A stretch of 64,000 nt of DNA from Candidatus Zhuqueibacterota bacterium (GTDB lineage Bacteria; Zhuqueibacterota; Zhuqueibacteria; Oceanimicrobiales; Oceanimicrobiaceae): assembly GCA_029262035.1 (NCBI GenBank), contig JAJDAE010000247.1:12517-76516 (forward strand), in the 5' to 3' direction. Positions within the stretch are counted from its first letter, which is position 1. The number at the start of each line of letters is the position of its first letter. A program made the translations under genes and the position numbers. The notes under the pieces were generated by a model. The model was not told the DNA's origin, made no database searches, and saw only the letters and a list, made by a program, of their open reading frames with translations. This document shows, one piece after another, positions 1 to 10,324 of the stretch.

Positions 1-3000
1 ATGGCATCCGTACGCGTATCGGCGAAATAAGCTCTGATTATACTACAAATTATAGAGTAAAAGAACTTCTAAAAGCGCACGGTGTTAAGTCGACCAGTGA
101 TTTGGCTTTGAACAAAAGTAATGGAACCCTGGTTTGGCAAGAGCGTGGACCGGGCAATGTGGCGGGTAGAACACGAGCCATTTTGGTCGATCCGGCTGAT
201 GCTAATTATGGTACCTGGATTGTTGGCTCCGTCGGCGGTGGTGTCTGGAAAACTACAGATTCCGGCGAGACATGGGCAGAATTAACCATAGATATTCCTA
301 CACTTGCTACAAGTGCCTTAGCCTGGGCGCCTAATTTCCCTAATTATATTTATGTGGGAACCGGTGAAGGATTTGGTAATGTTGATCAGCTTGATGGTTC
401 CGGCATTTGGAAAACCGATGATGCCGGCGTAACCTGGGCTCAGGTTGCCAGCATTGCTACTAACCCTGACTTTGAAAACGTGATGCGTATGGCTGTAGAC
501 CCTGCAGACCCAATGGTACTGGTCGTAGCTGTCAGCCCCGGGTTTAATCAAGGTACAGGAACTTCAGGCGTTTATCGTACCACAGATGGAGGTACTACCT
601 GGACTAAAACATATGAGGGAGGTAACACGTTTCTTGAAGATATGCGTGCCGATCCTTCAGACTTTAACAATCAGTATGCAACTATAAATGGTGTTGGAGT
701 TATTAAGTCAACAGACGGTGGGCAAAACTGGGTTGATTCCAGCGTAGGCATTGGTCCTGTTGGCCGTATGGAATTGGCCATTGCTCCGTCAGACCCGAAT
801 ACGATCTACCTTTCCGCTCAAGGCGGCGGTACCGGTTCTATTTTGTACAGTTCTAATGATGGTGGTGCAACCTGGTTTGGCCATGCAAATGCAGTTGGCA
901 ACGATGTGCATTGGTTAGGTGGCCAGGGTTGGTACGACAATACTATTGCTGTTAATCCCTATGATGCAAGTGACATCTTTGTTGGTGGTGTCCAGCTTTG
1001 GAACATAACTGCGAGTTCCGCAGTGGATACCTCAGATGCTCAAGTTACGGGGGTTGATCTGGAAAATACCCAATCATTTTGGTCTTTTGTAAATTTTGGC
1101 GGCCCATACGCTGGTGGCGGCTTGGATCTCACCAGTGGTTTCTTTGGATCCGCACCAATTGATCCGAGCGAATTTGCCAGTGTTGAAGTAAGATTTGGAC
1201 CCGGAAAAACACAAAAAGCCCACAGATTTTTTAGAGGCGATGGTAGTTATCCGTATCGGGATTATGTAGATGTTCCTTTTGAAGTATGGGACATCGATAA
1301 CAATCAACAACTAATGGTTTCTTTCCGTGATCATGAGGACAATGGGGTCTTTGAATTGGAAGATCGGGCAACGGATCCGGGCGGTATTGACCGTGAATAT
1401 CTATTCCTGCATAACATTCCTTACGTGGCTGTGGAAGATACAAATGTTGCCCAAGCAGGCGGAATGCTTTTTAAAGGAACCTATTCCATGTGGCCTGAAG
1501 CACCCGGAGGTACAGGCCAGCCTGACTTGACCGCTGTGCCGGACGCGATTGTCCGCATTAATTGGGGCACCTTCCTGACAAAAGGCATTGAAACCGCTAA
1601 TGTCACCGATGGTTATGGCCAATTTGGTGGGTTAGACAAAGGCGTTCATGTGGATCATCATAATATCGTTATGGTTAAGACCGATGAAAGCACATCGAGC
1701 TTCAGATTAATAAACGGAAATGATGGTGGCGTTTCTTATTCAGATGATGCCGGTACCACTTTCAGACAAACAGGTGATCAGGATTTTCGTGGTTTTGGCG
1801 GCGCAGAAACTCCCGGATTAAAAGGTTATAATACCACCCAGTTTTATGGCGCAGACAAAATGAACGGCGCTGATCGTTATATTGGTGGCGCGCAGGATAA
1901 TGGTCAGTGGATTTCTGACGATGATCCCGATAAAACCAGTAGTTGGGTGCCTGCTCCAAGCGGTGACGGATTTGAGGCAGTCTGGAACTACCGTGATCCC
2001 GATCTTATGCTTGAATCTTCTCAATTTAACAGTATTTCTCGTTCCACTGATCGCGGCCTGACATGGCAAAATATCGGTGGCTTGATTCCTGGCAATGGGC
2101 CTTTCTTTACAAGACTCGCCAATTCAAAGCAAGATCCTGATCTTGTTTTTGCCATAAGTGACGCCGGTGTGATACGTTCGGATAATTTTGGCGCTTCCTG
2201 GACAGTTACGCCAATGCCTGCCGGTTTTGTTGGAACCAGCTCATTTTCACAAATTGTTATTTCTTTAGCGAATCCACAAATTGTGTGGACTGCGAGAAAT
2301 ATGACTGCTGCAAGCCACCCGTTTGTTTCAACCAATGGTGGTGTTAGTTTTGATACGACCAACATTTTTACCGATGTTACTATGGGTAGGCTCTCAGGTT
2401 TTGATACCCATCCGACTGAAGAGAATACAGCCTTTGCATTATCAGCACTCAAGGGTGCACCAAAGGTAATGAAGACCACAGATTTGGGTCAGACCTGGAC
2501 AGATATTTCAGGTTTTGGCGCCAACGCAATCAGCTCCACTGGATTTCCGGATGTTGCAGTATTCAGCTTGCTGGTTATGCCGAGCGACACCAGCATTATT
2601 TGGGCCGGTACTGAAATCGGTATTTTTGAAAGTACTGATAGCGGTGGTACCTGGGCATTTGCCGATAATGGCTTAGCAGCTGTTTCTGTCTATCAAATGC
2701 TAATTGTAAACGACGAAGTTGTTGTTGCTACTCACGGTCGTGGTATCTGGACTGTTGCAATTCCGGAATTAGACGGCTATGAACCACCAGCAGTAACTTT
2801 AGCCCCAAGATTTGCCAGCCTCAACGGCGGTGGCGGGGGAATCATCGCTGCAAGCATGATTTTACCATCAGCGTATGATTCTTCTTTTGTTTTGATAGAT
2901 GGTGTTAAAACCGTAAGCCTTGGTGCTAATTCAGCAGCGGTAGATTCATCTTTTGATATTGCTGTATCTGTCCCGCAGTTAGACACTGTTAGCGTGGCTT

Positions 3001-3914
3001 TGGCAGCTTATGTTGGCGGCAATGTTTTAATCAATGCCCCAGCTAATGTAGTTGTCTTCCCGCTTGGCGAACCGGTTGGCTCATATGCTGAAAATTTTGA
3101 TACCGGCAGTGAAGCTTTCTTCGTGTTCAGCGGTTTGGATGTTGGCACTCCTGCGGGTTTTGATAATGCAGCAATCCACTCTCCTCATCCATATCCGGAC
3201 GGAGCAAATATGACCGCATTACTTAAAGCACCAATTATAGTCGCTTCAAGTAATGCAACTCTGAAATATGATGATATCGCAATTGTGGAGACCGGCAGCG
3301 GCTCCGGTGTTTTTGGCGATCCGCAATTCTGGGATTTTGCGATTGTTGAAGGCAGTAAGGATAATGGTTCAACCTGGTTGCCACTCGCAGACGGCTATGA
3401 TGCCAGAGCAGATTCTACCTGGTTAGCAGTTCATGATGCTGGAGCTGCCGGCGATTCTTCAATGTATGTATCCCATGAGATTAACCTGTTGGATACTTTT
3501 GCCGCAGATGATGTGATTTTGGTTCGGTTCAGACTTTTTGCCGATACAAACACAAACGGCTGGGGTTGGGCTGTTGACAATATAAATATTCAGGATGGTG
3601 TTGTTTCGGTTGAATCAGGAAGTACGGTACCGACTGTATTCAGCATGTCACAAAATTATCCGAATCCATTTAACCCAACTACGCAAATTAACTACGCTTT
3701 ACCAAAGGACGCTGACGTGACTTTGCAGGTCTTTAATATTGTAGGCCAAAAAGTACGCGACATCTTTGTTGGGCAAGCGCAAAAAACTGGTAGATATACT
3801 ATTGCCTGGAATGGTAGAGACAATAGTGGTATTCAGGTTTCCAGTGGTTTGTATTTTTACAGAATTAAAGCGGGTGACTTTGTGAAGACTCATAAAATGA
3901 CCTTGTTGAAGTAA
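1..3914 (+). CDS. 5'-truncated giant secreted protein with ~10 BNR/Asp-box (SxDxGxTW) repeats and a T9SS C-terminal sorting domain. It is possibly sialidase- or GH74-like, or another beta-propeller glycan-binding protein.
   Basis: Frame 3 is open from nt 3 to the stop at 3914, with no stop upstream of the TTG the ORF track used at 102, so the gene starts outside the window. Repeated motifs TTDSGETW, TDDAGVTW, TTDGGTTW, STDGGQNW, SNDGGATW, STDRGLTW, TTDLGQTW and STDSGGTW are present. The C-terminus NYPNPFNPTTQINYALP...LYFYRIKAGDFVKTHKMTLLK matches the T9SS CTD pattern. Confidence 0.75.
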   Translation, partial: GIRTRIGEISSDYTTNYRVKELLKAHGVKSTSDLALNKSNGTLVWQERGPGNVAGRTRAILVDPADANYGTWIVGSVGGGVWKTTDSGETWAELTIDIPTLATSALAWAPNFPNYIYVGTGEGFGNVDQLDGSGIWKTDDAGVTWAQVASIATNPDFENVMRMAVDPADPMVLVVAVSPGFNQGTGTSGVYRTTDGGTTWTKTYEGGNTFLEDMRADPSDFNNQYATINGVGVIKSTDGGQNWVDSSVGIGPVGRMELAIAPSDPNTIYLSAQGGGTGSILYSSNDGGATWFGHANAVGNDVHWLGGQGWYDNTIAVNPYDASDIFVGGVQLWNITASSAVDTSDAQVTGVDLENTQSFWSFVNFGGPYAGGGLDLTSGFFGSAPIDPSEFASVEVRFGPGKTQKAHRFFRGDGSYPYRDYVDVPFEVWDIDNNQQLMVSFRDHEDNGVFELEDRATDPGGIDREYLFLHNIPYVAVEDTNVAQAGGMLFKGTYSMWPEAPGGTGQPDLTAVPDAIVRINWGTFLTKGIETANVTDGYGQFGGLDKGVHVDHHNIVMVKTDESTSSFRLINGNDGGVSYSDDAGTTFRQTGDQDFRGFGGAETPGLKGYNTTQFYGADKMNGADRYIGGAQDNGQWISDDDPDKTSSWVPAPSGDGFEAVWNYRDPDLMLESSQFNSISRSTDRGLTWQNIGGLIPGNGPFFTRLANSKQDPDLVFAISDAGVIRSDNFGASWTVTPMPAGFVGTSSFSQIVISLANPQIVWTARNMTAASHPFVSTNGGVSFDTTNIFTDVTMGRLSGFDTHPTEENTAFALSALKGAPKVMKTTDLGQTWTDISGFGANAISSTGFPDVAVFSLLVMPSDTSIIWAGTEIGIFESTDSGGTWAFADNGLAAVSVYQMLIVNDEVVVATHGRGIWTVAIPELDGYEPPAVTLAPRFASLNGGGGGIIAASMILPSAYDSSFVLIDGVKTVSLGANSAAVDSSFDIAVSVPQLDTVSVALAAYVGGNVLINAPANVVVFPLGEPVGSYAENFDTGSEAFFVFSGLDVGTPAGFDNAAIHSPHPYPDGANMTALLKAPIIVASSNATLKYDDIAIVETGSGSGVFGDPQFWDFAIVEGSKDNGSTWLPLADGYDARADSTWLAVHDAGAAGDSSMYVSHEINLLDTFAADDVILVRFRLFADTNTNGWGWAVDNINIQDGVVSVESGSTVPTVFSMSQNYPNPFNPTTQINYALPKDADVTLQVFNIVGQKVRDIFVGQAQKTGRYTIAWNGRDNSGIQVSSGLYFYRIKAGDFVKTHKMTLLK

Positions 3915-3937
3915 GTTTCAAAACTTATTTAATTCAA

Positions 3938-3973
3938 AGGGAGCCGGGATATTTCCGGCTCCCTTTTTTTTAT
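3938..3973 (+). terminator. Rho-independent terminator after the BNR-repeat gene
   Basis: A perfect GC-rich hairpin AGGGAGCCGGG-atattt-CCGGCTCCC is followed directly by a run of nine T. Confidence 0.7.
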
Positions 3974-4177
3974 TTCCCCTCCCATTAATAGGTCTGCTCG
4001 AAAATAGTTCATGCACCAGAATCTAAATGTGAAATCTTAGTATGATTAGATCCAAAGGAATGCCGATCTACTTTTAGAAGACTTCTAACCAACCATTTTA
4101 TTGAAATTCTCTTGCTTTTCTTACAAATGTTGTTAATTTATTTCCGTGAATTTTCAGTTCAATATTAACTCAAAATA

Positions 4178-4534
4178 ATGAATCTTATGTCCGAAGAAAA
4201 AAATGTAGCGAAGCTTGATTTTGAAACCAGTTTGTTTACCATCGAGGGTAGAACTTTTTTAAAACAACTCAGTTCAGTAAGTCGTGTATTGTCTGTAAAA
4301 GATGCCGGGGCTGAGTTCTGGGGCGATGAAAAAGTTAAAACAGGCTATGTCGGGGATTGTAAGAGCGTCCAGCTTTTTGAGTGCCCCGATGGCTTTCTCC
4401 TTTTTTGCAATAAAGCTTTTACTAACAATAATTGGTCAGCAACAGGGCAAACAGTAGCAGAAGTTTTGGACAAAGTTTCTAATTTTGATGTTAAGAAGAA
4501 AATTGAAGAAGAACTTTCAAACGCCGGTGCTTAA
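4178..4534 (+). CDS. hypothetical small protein (118 aa), no recognisable motif
   Basis: ORF with a reasonable ATG start and a clean intergenic context. No signal peptide. Confidence 0.4.
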   Translation: MNLMSEEKNVAKLDFETSLFTIEGRTFLKQLSSVSRVLSVKDAGAEFWGDEKVKTGYVGDCKSVQLFECPDGFLLFCNKAFTNNNWSATGQTVAEVLDKVSNFDVKKKIEEELSNAGA

Positions 4535-4570
4535 TCTGGTAACACGTTTCATTCTGATGGAGTAACAAGT

Positions 4571-4996
4571 ATGACCGAAATAACGCGTTCAATTGAAATT
4601 CTGGCGTCAAAGACTCGGGTGTGGTCACATATTAACCCCACCAAGTGGAAAGAGATTTTTTATTTCGTGAAGGAAGTTGATGGTTATACGGATGGTGAGC
4701 CTGGTGTTGGTACGAAGGCGCACGTTGTGGCCGGAGATAACGAATTGACTGCCGTAAGATACAGCGTTGAAATTACAGAGTTCGTGCAAAAAGAAAAAAT
4801 TGAATACCGTAGATATGGCGGTCCGTTGCAAGGCCGGGGTGTTATGCATCTCAAATCTCTACAAACAGGTACGTTGCTCCGCCGGACGAGCTATTATGAT
4901 GACGAACTATCGAGTGAAACAATAAAGGCTTTAAGCGAGGGAATGGAAAAAGATAATATGCGTCTCAAATTGCAAATAGAGACAATTAAAAAATAA
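4571..4996 (+). CDS. small cytoplasmic protein, possibly SRPBCC/Bet v1-like (polyketide cyclase/START-like) fold
   Basis: 141 aa. The N-terminal MTEITRSIEI..RVWSHI..P..W.E pattern resembles SRPBCC proteins. This is pattern recognition only. Confidence 0.35.
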   Translation: MTEITRSIEILASKTRVWSHINPTKWKEIFYFVKEVDGYTDGEPGVGTKAHVVAGDNELTAVRYSVEITEFVQKEKIEYRRYGGPLQGRGVMHLKSLQTGTLLRRTSYYDDELSSETIKALSEGMEKDNMRLKLQIETIKK

Positions 4997-5027
4997 CGCT
5001 CAAATAGGCTTTCCGAGCGGATTTTTA
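4997..5027 (+). terminator. probable intrinsic terminator
   Basis: Hairpin CGCTC-aaataggctttcc-GAGCG is followed by gATTTTTa immediately after the stop at 4996. Confidence 0.4.
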
Positions 5028-5146
5028 CCCCCCGCTAATTCATTTGTTTTATTTCCCCCTTTACTTATTTCAATGTTTTTTGTTGCAGGATGCTCTGAAT
5101 TTTGTAATATATAAAAGTACATATAACAGCGGAGTCATTTTTCTTA

Positions 5147-8100
5147 ATGGAAAAAATGTATTTAGTACCGGCACAACGAAATGGCAGTTTTAATTTCGAA
5201 ATGAAAAATTATTTCCCATTTGAGTTTCACATAAGCGGTGAAGCCAGACAAATTTACGATTTTGACCAATCGATTTTTAAGAGCAACGGAAATGTGGTTT
5301 TAGCCGATTTTCAGGCAGCCAGGTTATTTGCCCAAAAAATGAATTCAAAGCGCGATCTTATCAGCAATCCTGAGCAGACGATTAGGGCGGGTGAGGTGAA
5401 TGCCATGGGGCTGATCGATGAGATTCTGCACTATTTGCTTTGGAACTATCGCCAGCAAATAAATAAAAATCTGTTTAAAGATGCCCGGGAATGGCTCACA
5501 AAGCGTGTGAGTTCTGCACAGTTTGAAAAAGCTTTGCTTAAATTTGTAGAAGCTTTTCCGCCGATTGCAGTTCATAAAAAAGAGATATCAGTTGAAGATT
5601 ATTTGACCGGGCAAACGGACGGTGTGTCACATAAGGACGTCGCCCTCGAAGAAATGTTGATGCTGTGGATTGCCAATTTAAACCCGGCATTTTCAAAGTT
5701 TACAGAGCTTTTTGATGATCGTGCTTTACGTGAAAATACGGCCTACAAAAGCATCATGAACAACCTGGCCTCTTTTTTTGAAACGCAACCTAAGTTCGGA
5801 CCTGGCAATTATAATTTGTATAGACTTTTGCGTTTGCCGGCTCTGGAACGACCGCACTCGCTCGAAGACCAATTGCGCTTTCTCACCAGTGCTTTTGGTA
5901 CGCTTCTCAGCAAATTCGACCTGCGTTTGTTGAGCAGCATGGATTTGATTCGTGAGGAAATCAAAGCCATGTTTGCGGGACCTCCGCCAACCGAAGTGAT
6001 GAAGTTCGATTACACAGAATATGAAGCCGAACGTTTCAGTCACGATTTGCACTGGATGCCGGAATTGGTTTTAATCGCCAAAAGTACCTTGGTTTGGCTT
6101 GACCAGCTTTCAAAAAAATATCAACAGTCGATTACCCGCTTAGATCAAATTCCTGATGAGGAAATCGAAACACTTGCACGCTGGGGTTTTACCGGTTTGT
6201 GGTTGATTGGCATCTGGCAGCGCAGCGATGCATCCAAACGGGTGAAGCAAGCCTGCGGCAATCCGGAGGCGGAATCATCAGCTTACTCCTTGTTCGACTA
6301 CGAAATTGCCCATGAATTGGGAGGCTATGACGCGCTGCAAAATTTGAAATCGCGTTGCTGGAAATATGGCGTTCGCCTGGCTTGTGATATGGTGCCCAAT
6401 CACACCGGCATCGATTCAAAATGGATGCGTGATCACCCCGACTGGTTTGTCTCGCTGCCGTACAGCCCGTTCCCTTCCTACACTTTTAATAGTATGAATC
6501 TTTCCCGGGATGAGCGTTACGGTGTTTTCATTGAAGACAAATATTATAATCAGAGTGACGCAGCGGTGGTCTTCAAACGTGAAGATTATTGGAACAATGA
6601 TGTGCGCTATATATATCATGGCAACGACGGCACCAGCATGCCGTGGAATGACACCGCGCAATTAAATTATTTAAACCCCGAAGTCCGGGAAGCCGTGATT
6701 CAAAAAATTATTGATGTCGCGAAAATGTTCCCGGTAATTCGCTTTGATGCAGCGATGACCCTGGCGAAAAAGCACTACCAGCGGCTCTGGTTTCCGGAGC
6801 CGGGTTCCGGCGGTGACATCCCCTCCCGCGCAGATTTTGGTATGACACGTGAAGACTTTAACCGCATTTTCCCGGAGGAGTTTTGGCGGCAGGTCGTTGA
6901 CCGTGTTGCTGTGGAAGTGCCTGAATGTTTGCTGTTGGCTGAGGCTTTCTGGATGATGGAGGGCTATTTTGTCCGCACACTTGGTATGCACCGTGTTTAC
7001 AACAGCGCTTTCATGAATATGCTTAAAAATGAAGAGAACACAAAATATCGGCAGACAATTATTAACACCATTCAATTTAATCCGGAAATCCTGAAACGAT
7101 ATGTCAATTTTATGAATAACCCGGATGAAGATACGGCAATCGAGCAATTTGGCGATAGCGATAAATACTTCGGTGTTTGTGCTGTGCTGGTAACTATGCC
7201 CGGTCTGCCTATGTTCGGGCATGGCCAGGTTGAAGGCTATCGTGAAAAATACGGCATGGAATATCGTAAGGCTTATTGGGACGAACAGCCGAATGAAGGC
7301 CTCATGCAGCGCCATGAGCGGGAAATTTTTCCATTAACTAAAAAGCGTTATTTGTTTGCTGAAGTGGAGAATTTTCTATTCTTCGATTTTGTTTCCGGGG
7401 ACGGTTCTGTAAATGACAATGTGTTTGCTTATTCAAACAGCGCTCGTGGCGAACAGGCTCTGGTAGTTTACAACAATAAATATGAGCGAGCTACCGGTTG
7501 GGTACGGTCTTCCGTTCCTTTCGCTGAGAAAACCGGGAATGGCGATGAAACCCACCAGGTGCAAAAATCACTGCGCCAGGGACTTCGCTTGCCTTATGAA
7601 GACGACAAATATTTGATTTTTCGAGATTTGATTTCCGATCTCGAGTATATCCGCAATTGCAAACAGGTATGCGACGATGGCTTTTATTTCGAGTTAGATG
7701 GCTTCAAATACCAGGTTTTCGCAAATATGTATGAAGTGCAGGAAAACGAGTGGGGGCATTATGGGCAACTGAATGCAAAACTTAATGGCCAAGGCGTGCA
7801 AAGCATTTCTGAGGAAATTAGGGAAATCGCCCACAAACCTTTACACGAGGCATTTCAATTTGTTTATGAGCCGTCTTTTTTTCAGGAATTCCTTTCAGGT
7901 TTTAATGGAGTCGGCAAAGATTCTTTCATTAAAAATTTTGAGGAAAACTATTCTCCTGCACTTGCAGTAGCGCAAAAGTATGCGCAGGGCAAAAATGCAA
8001 TCGAACTTATCTCTGAGTTGGTAAAAGTTAAAATCGGTTCAGCTTCTGGCTTAGCAAAATTTAAATCAAAATTCACCAAGACTGAAACTACAAAATATAA

Positions 8101-8662
8101 AGTGTTAATCGAACGCGTGGAAGCTGCGAGCAAACAGGAAGACTTGATTGCGATCGTTTATTTTTGGTTGATTTTGCATGCGTTGGGTAAATTCGCGGAT
8201 GAAACAAATTTTGAATTTAACAGTGTTACCTTTGCTGATAACTGGCTGCTTACCAAACGCGTCCGTCATTTTTTTGAAAATCATATTTCCAGAGAAGAAT
8301 CTCAGGAAAATACAATTTTAGTAAAAATTCTCATAGAAAACCAGAACATCTTGATTGCAGATGATGTTAGCCCTTCTCAAACACTATCTATTTTATTAAA
8401 CCAGCCGCAGGTTCAACAGGTTCTGAAAGTTAACCATTACGAAGATATTGCCTGGTTTAACAAAGAATCATTTCAAAAACTGGTTGATGCTTTTTTAGCT
8501 ATTTCAATTGTTCAAGTTATTTCAAGTCAATCAAAAAAGAAGGATTTCTTGAAATCAGTCGTTGGGCTTCAAAAAATCCTGAAACAATGGACATCAGCTA
8601 AAGAGAAATCTGAATACCAGGTTGAGAAATTGTTGAATTTTTTAAAGAAAAATACTGAGTAG
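5147..8662 (+). CDS. large (1171 aa) GH13 alpha-amylase-family enzyme. The catalytic core is most similar to GlgE-like maltosyltransferases, with a ~330-aa N-terminal and a ~450-aa C-terminal extension.
   Basis: GH13 region I DMVPNHTG is followed by RDHPDWF (compare GlgE KHPEWF). Region II is VIRFDAAM (nucleophile Asp), region III LLLAEAFW (acid/base Glu) and region IV YVNFMNNPDED. There is no signal peptide. Confidence 0.6.
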   Translation: MEKMYLVPAQRNGSFNFEMKNYFPFEFHISGEARQIYDFDQSIFKSNGNVVLADFQAARLFAQKMNSKRDLISNPEQTIRAGEVNAMGLIDEILHYLLWNYRQQINKNLFKDAREWLTKRVSSAQFEKALLKFVEAFPPIAVHKKEISVEDYLTGQTDGVSHKDVALEEMLMLWIANLNPAFSKFTELFDDRALRENTAYKSIMNNLASFFETQPKFGPGNYNLYRLLRLPALERPHSLEDQLRFLTSAFGTLLSKFDLRLLSSMDLIREEIKAMFAGPPPTEVMKFDYTEYEAERFSHDLHWMPELVLIAKSTLVWLDQLSKKYQQSITRLDQIPDEEIETLARWGFTGLWLIGIWQRSDASKRVKQACGNPEAESSAYSLFDYEIAHELGGYDALQNLKSRCWKYGVRLACDMVPNHTGIDSKWMRDHPDWFVSLPYSPFPSYTFNSMNLSRDERYGVFIEDKYYNQSDAAVVFKREDYWNNDVRYIYHGNDGTSMPWNDTAQLNYLNPEVREAVIQKIIDVAKMFPVIRFDAAMTLAKKHYQRLWFPEPGSGGDIPSRADFGMTREDFNRIFPEEFWRQVVDRVAVEVPECLLLAEAFWMMEGYFVRTLGMHRVYNSAFMNMLKNEENTKYRQTIINTIQFNPEILKRYVNFMNNPDEDTAIEQFGDSDKYFGVCAVLVTMPGLPMFGHGQVEGYREKYGMEYRKAYWDEQPNEGLMQRHEREIFPLTKKRYLFAEVENFLFFDFVSGDGSVNDNVFAYSNSARGEQALVVYNNKYERATGWVRSSVPFAEKTGNGDETHQVQKSLRQGLRLPYEDDKYLIFRDLISDLEYIRNCKQVCDDGFYFELDGFKYQVFANMYEVQENEWGHYGQLNAKLNGQGVQSISEEIREIAHKPLHEAFQFVYEPSFFQEFLSGFNGVGKDSFIKNFEENYSPALAVAQKYAQGKNAIELISELVKVKIGSASGLAKFKSKFTKTETTKYKVLIERVEAASKQEDLIAIVYFWLILHALGKFADETNFEFNSVTFADNWLLTKRVRHFFENHISREESQENTILVKILIENQNILIADDVSPSQTLSILLNQPQVQQVLKVNHYEDIAWFNKESFQKLVDAFLAISIVQVISSQSKKKDFLKSVVGLQKILKQWTSAKEKSEYQVEKLLNFLKKNTE

Positions 8663-9028
8663 AGTCTGAACGAAAACACCGACTTTGTCCTTCTGAGCGC
8701 GAACCCTCAAATGTGGCACTTGAGGCAGAAGATGATGCGCGAAGAATCTCCTGGGAGAAAGATTCTTCACACGGCGGCGGCGATCTTGAAAAGCAACATG
8801 AGAGATTTTGTGTTCAGAATGACGTGGAATTTTTGGTTTACGGTCAATCATTTAGTAGTTAGTCCAATTTTTATGGGCTGTTTGAAATATTTCAGCGATA
8901 GTTTACGCTGAATATCGCTAAATTATAGTTCGTGATAATTCATGGAATTACTGACTTGCGTGACATGTTTTTACAGATATTCAAATCAACATTAATAATG
9001 GCTGTTTAATTCACCCGAAATAAAGAAT

Positions 9029-10126
9029 ATGAAGTTTAGATATTCAGAATGGCAGGAAGGCAAGAGGAAAGGTAAACTTACCTTTGATGAGCTGATGAAG
9101 TTGTTCAATCAGCTTTTACTGCATAGTAATGGCAGCATTGACGAAGCGCTGGCATGGATGACTGAACTTGATAAGGAGTACAATGTTTTTGATGACAAAA
9201 ACGGTTTAGGTTTCGACGACTTTTTGGAGTGGTTAAAAAAAGAAGGCTATATCGAGGAGAATAATGATATTCTGGCACTGAGCCATAAAGGTTCAAAAAG
9301 AATCCGCCAGGATGCCTTAAAAGAGATATTTACTTCGCTGCGTAAGCGTTCCCTCGGTGAGCATGAATCGCCGCACACCGGGCAAGGGATTGAGCGTTTG
9401 AGTGAGACCAAGCCGTATCAATTTGGCGATCAGGCTGCGAACATAGATTTTTCTTCAACCATAAACAATGCCATTCGGCGGGATGGACTTGACAAGTTCA
9501 ATTTGAAGGAAGAAGATTTCGAGGTTTACGAAACAGAGCACATGACCACCTGCGCCACCGTGTTAATGCTGGATATCAGCCACAGTATGATTCTTTATGG
9601 CGAAGATCGTATTACGCCGGCCAAAAAAGTAGCTCTCGCTTTAGCTGAGATGATCTCCACACGCTTCCCGAAAGACAGTTTGGATGTTGTGGTTTTCGGC
9701 GATAAGGCGGTTGAAGTTGATATGGCGGATATTCCGACCATTGCGGTTGGCCCGTATCACACCAACACCAAAGATGCGCTGGACAGGGCGCAAAGAATTC
9801 TCAAAAGAAAGAAAAATGTCAACAAACAGATTTTTATGATAACGGACGGCAAGCCCTCTGCTATTTTCACAAATGGTCGATTGTACAAAAATCCGTATGG
9901 GTTAGATAGAAAAATTGTGAGTCAGACGTTGGGCAGTGCACGTGCCTGCCGCAAGAATAATATTACCGTCACCACCTTTATGATTGCCCGGGATTCCTGG
10001 CTTGTAGATTTCGTCAAAGAATTGACTGAAATTTGCAAAGGACGGGCGTATTATTCTTCTTTAAATAACCTCGGTGAATATATTTTTGTTGATTACATCA
10101 ACAACAGGAAAAAGAGATTTAGGTAG
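9029..10126 (+). CDS. von Willebrand factor type A (VWA) domain protein, CoxE/ChlD-C-terminal-like
   Basis: MIDAS DxSxS motif LMLDISHSM, then ...FMITDGKPSA and a hydrophobic strand pattern typical of VWA. It is located directly upstream of the AAA+ gene. Confidence 0.7.
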   Translation: MKFRYSEWQEGKRKGKLTFDELMKLFNQLLLHSNGSIDEALAWMTELDKEYNVFDDKNGLGFDDFLEWLKKEGYIEENNDILALSHKGSKRIRQDALKEIFTSLRKRSLGEHESPHTGQGIERLSETKPYQFGDQAANIDFSSTINNAIRRDGLDKFNLKEEDFEVYETEHMTTCATVLMLDISHSMILYGEDRITPAKKVALALAEMISTRFPKDSLDVVVFGDKAVEVDMADIPTIAVGPYHTNTKDALDRAQRILKRKKNVNKQIFMITDGKPSAIFTNGRLYKNPYGLDRKIVSQTLGSARACRKNNITVTTFMIARDSWLVDFVKELTEICKGRAYYSSLNNLGEYIFVDYINNRKKRFR

Positions 10127-10186
10127 TTTGCTAACCGCTAATGGACGCGAATAAACGCAAATTTAGTTGGTTAAGAAATTAAGAAT

Positions 10187-10324
10187 ATGCTTAAAATTAT
10201 TTTAACGATGAGTACAGGGCTTGCAACTTTAATTGTATGGTTAATATTCATGCCGAATTCAGTGAGATACAAAGAGGAATTTAAGGAAAGCCAGTACCTT
10301 ATCGAAGCAATTGAACACTTTTAA
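10187..10324 (+). CDS. possible 45-aa single-pass membrane micro-protein in the VWA-AAA spacer
   Basis: ATG ORF MLKIILTMSTGLATLIVWLIFMPNSVRYKEEFKESQYLIEAIEHF has one hydrophobic helix. The same frame stays open after its TAA for 75 more codons, up to the ATGA overlap with the AAA+ gene. Confidence 0.25.
   Translation: MLKIILTMSTGLATLIVWLIFMPNSVRYKEEFKESQYLIEAIEHF

Noticed and set aside
318-3893. Multiple 60-150-aa ORFs on the minus strand or in alternate frames inside the 1..3914 gene (for example 318..551, 1074..1310, 2021..2479, 3699..3893), and similar ones inside other long genes (6671..7315, 54260..54724, 12325..12951)
   Set aside because: They are fully embedded antisense or out of frame within long CDSs that carry clear domain motifs. 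They have no RBS or start context and low-complexity translations, so they are shadow ORFs.
8642-8911. ORFs 8642..8851 (-) and 8711..8911 (+) in the spacer before the VWA gene
   Set aside because: They overlap each other in a GC-rich, hairpin-rich spacer. The translations are Arg/His-rich nonsense without starts in good context. They were reinterpreted as a structured RNA or leader (see findings).
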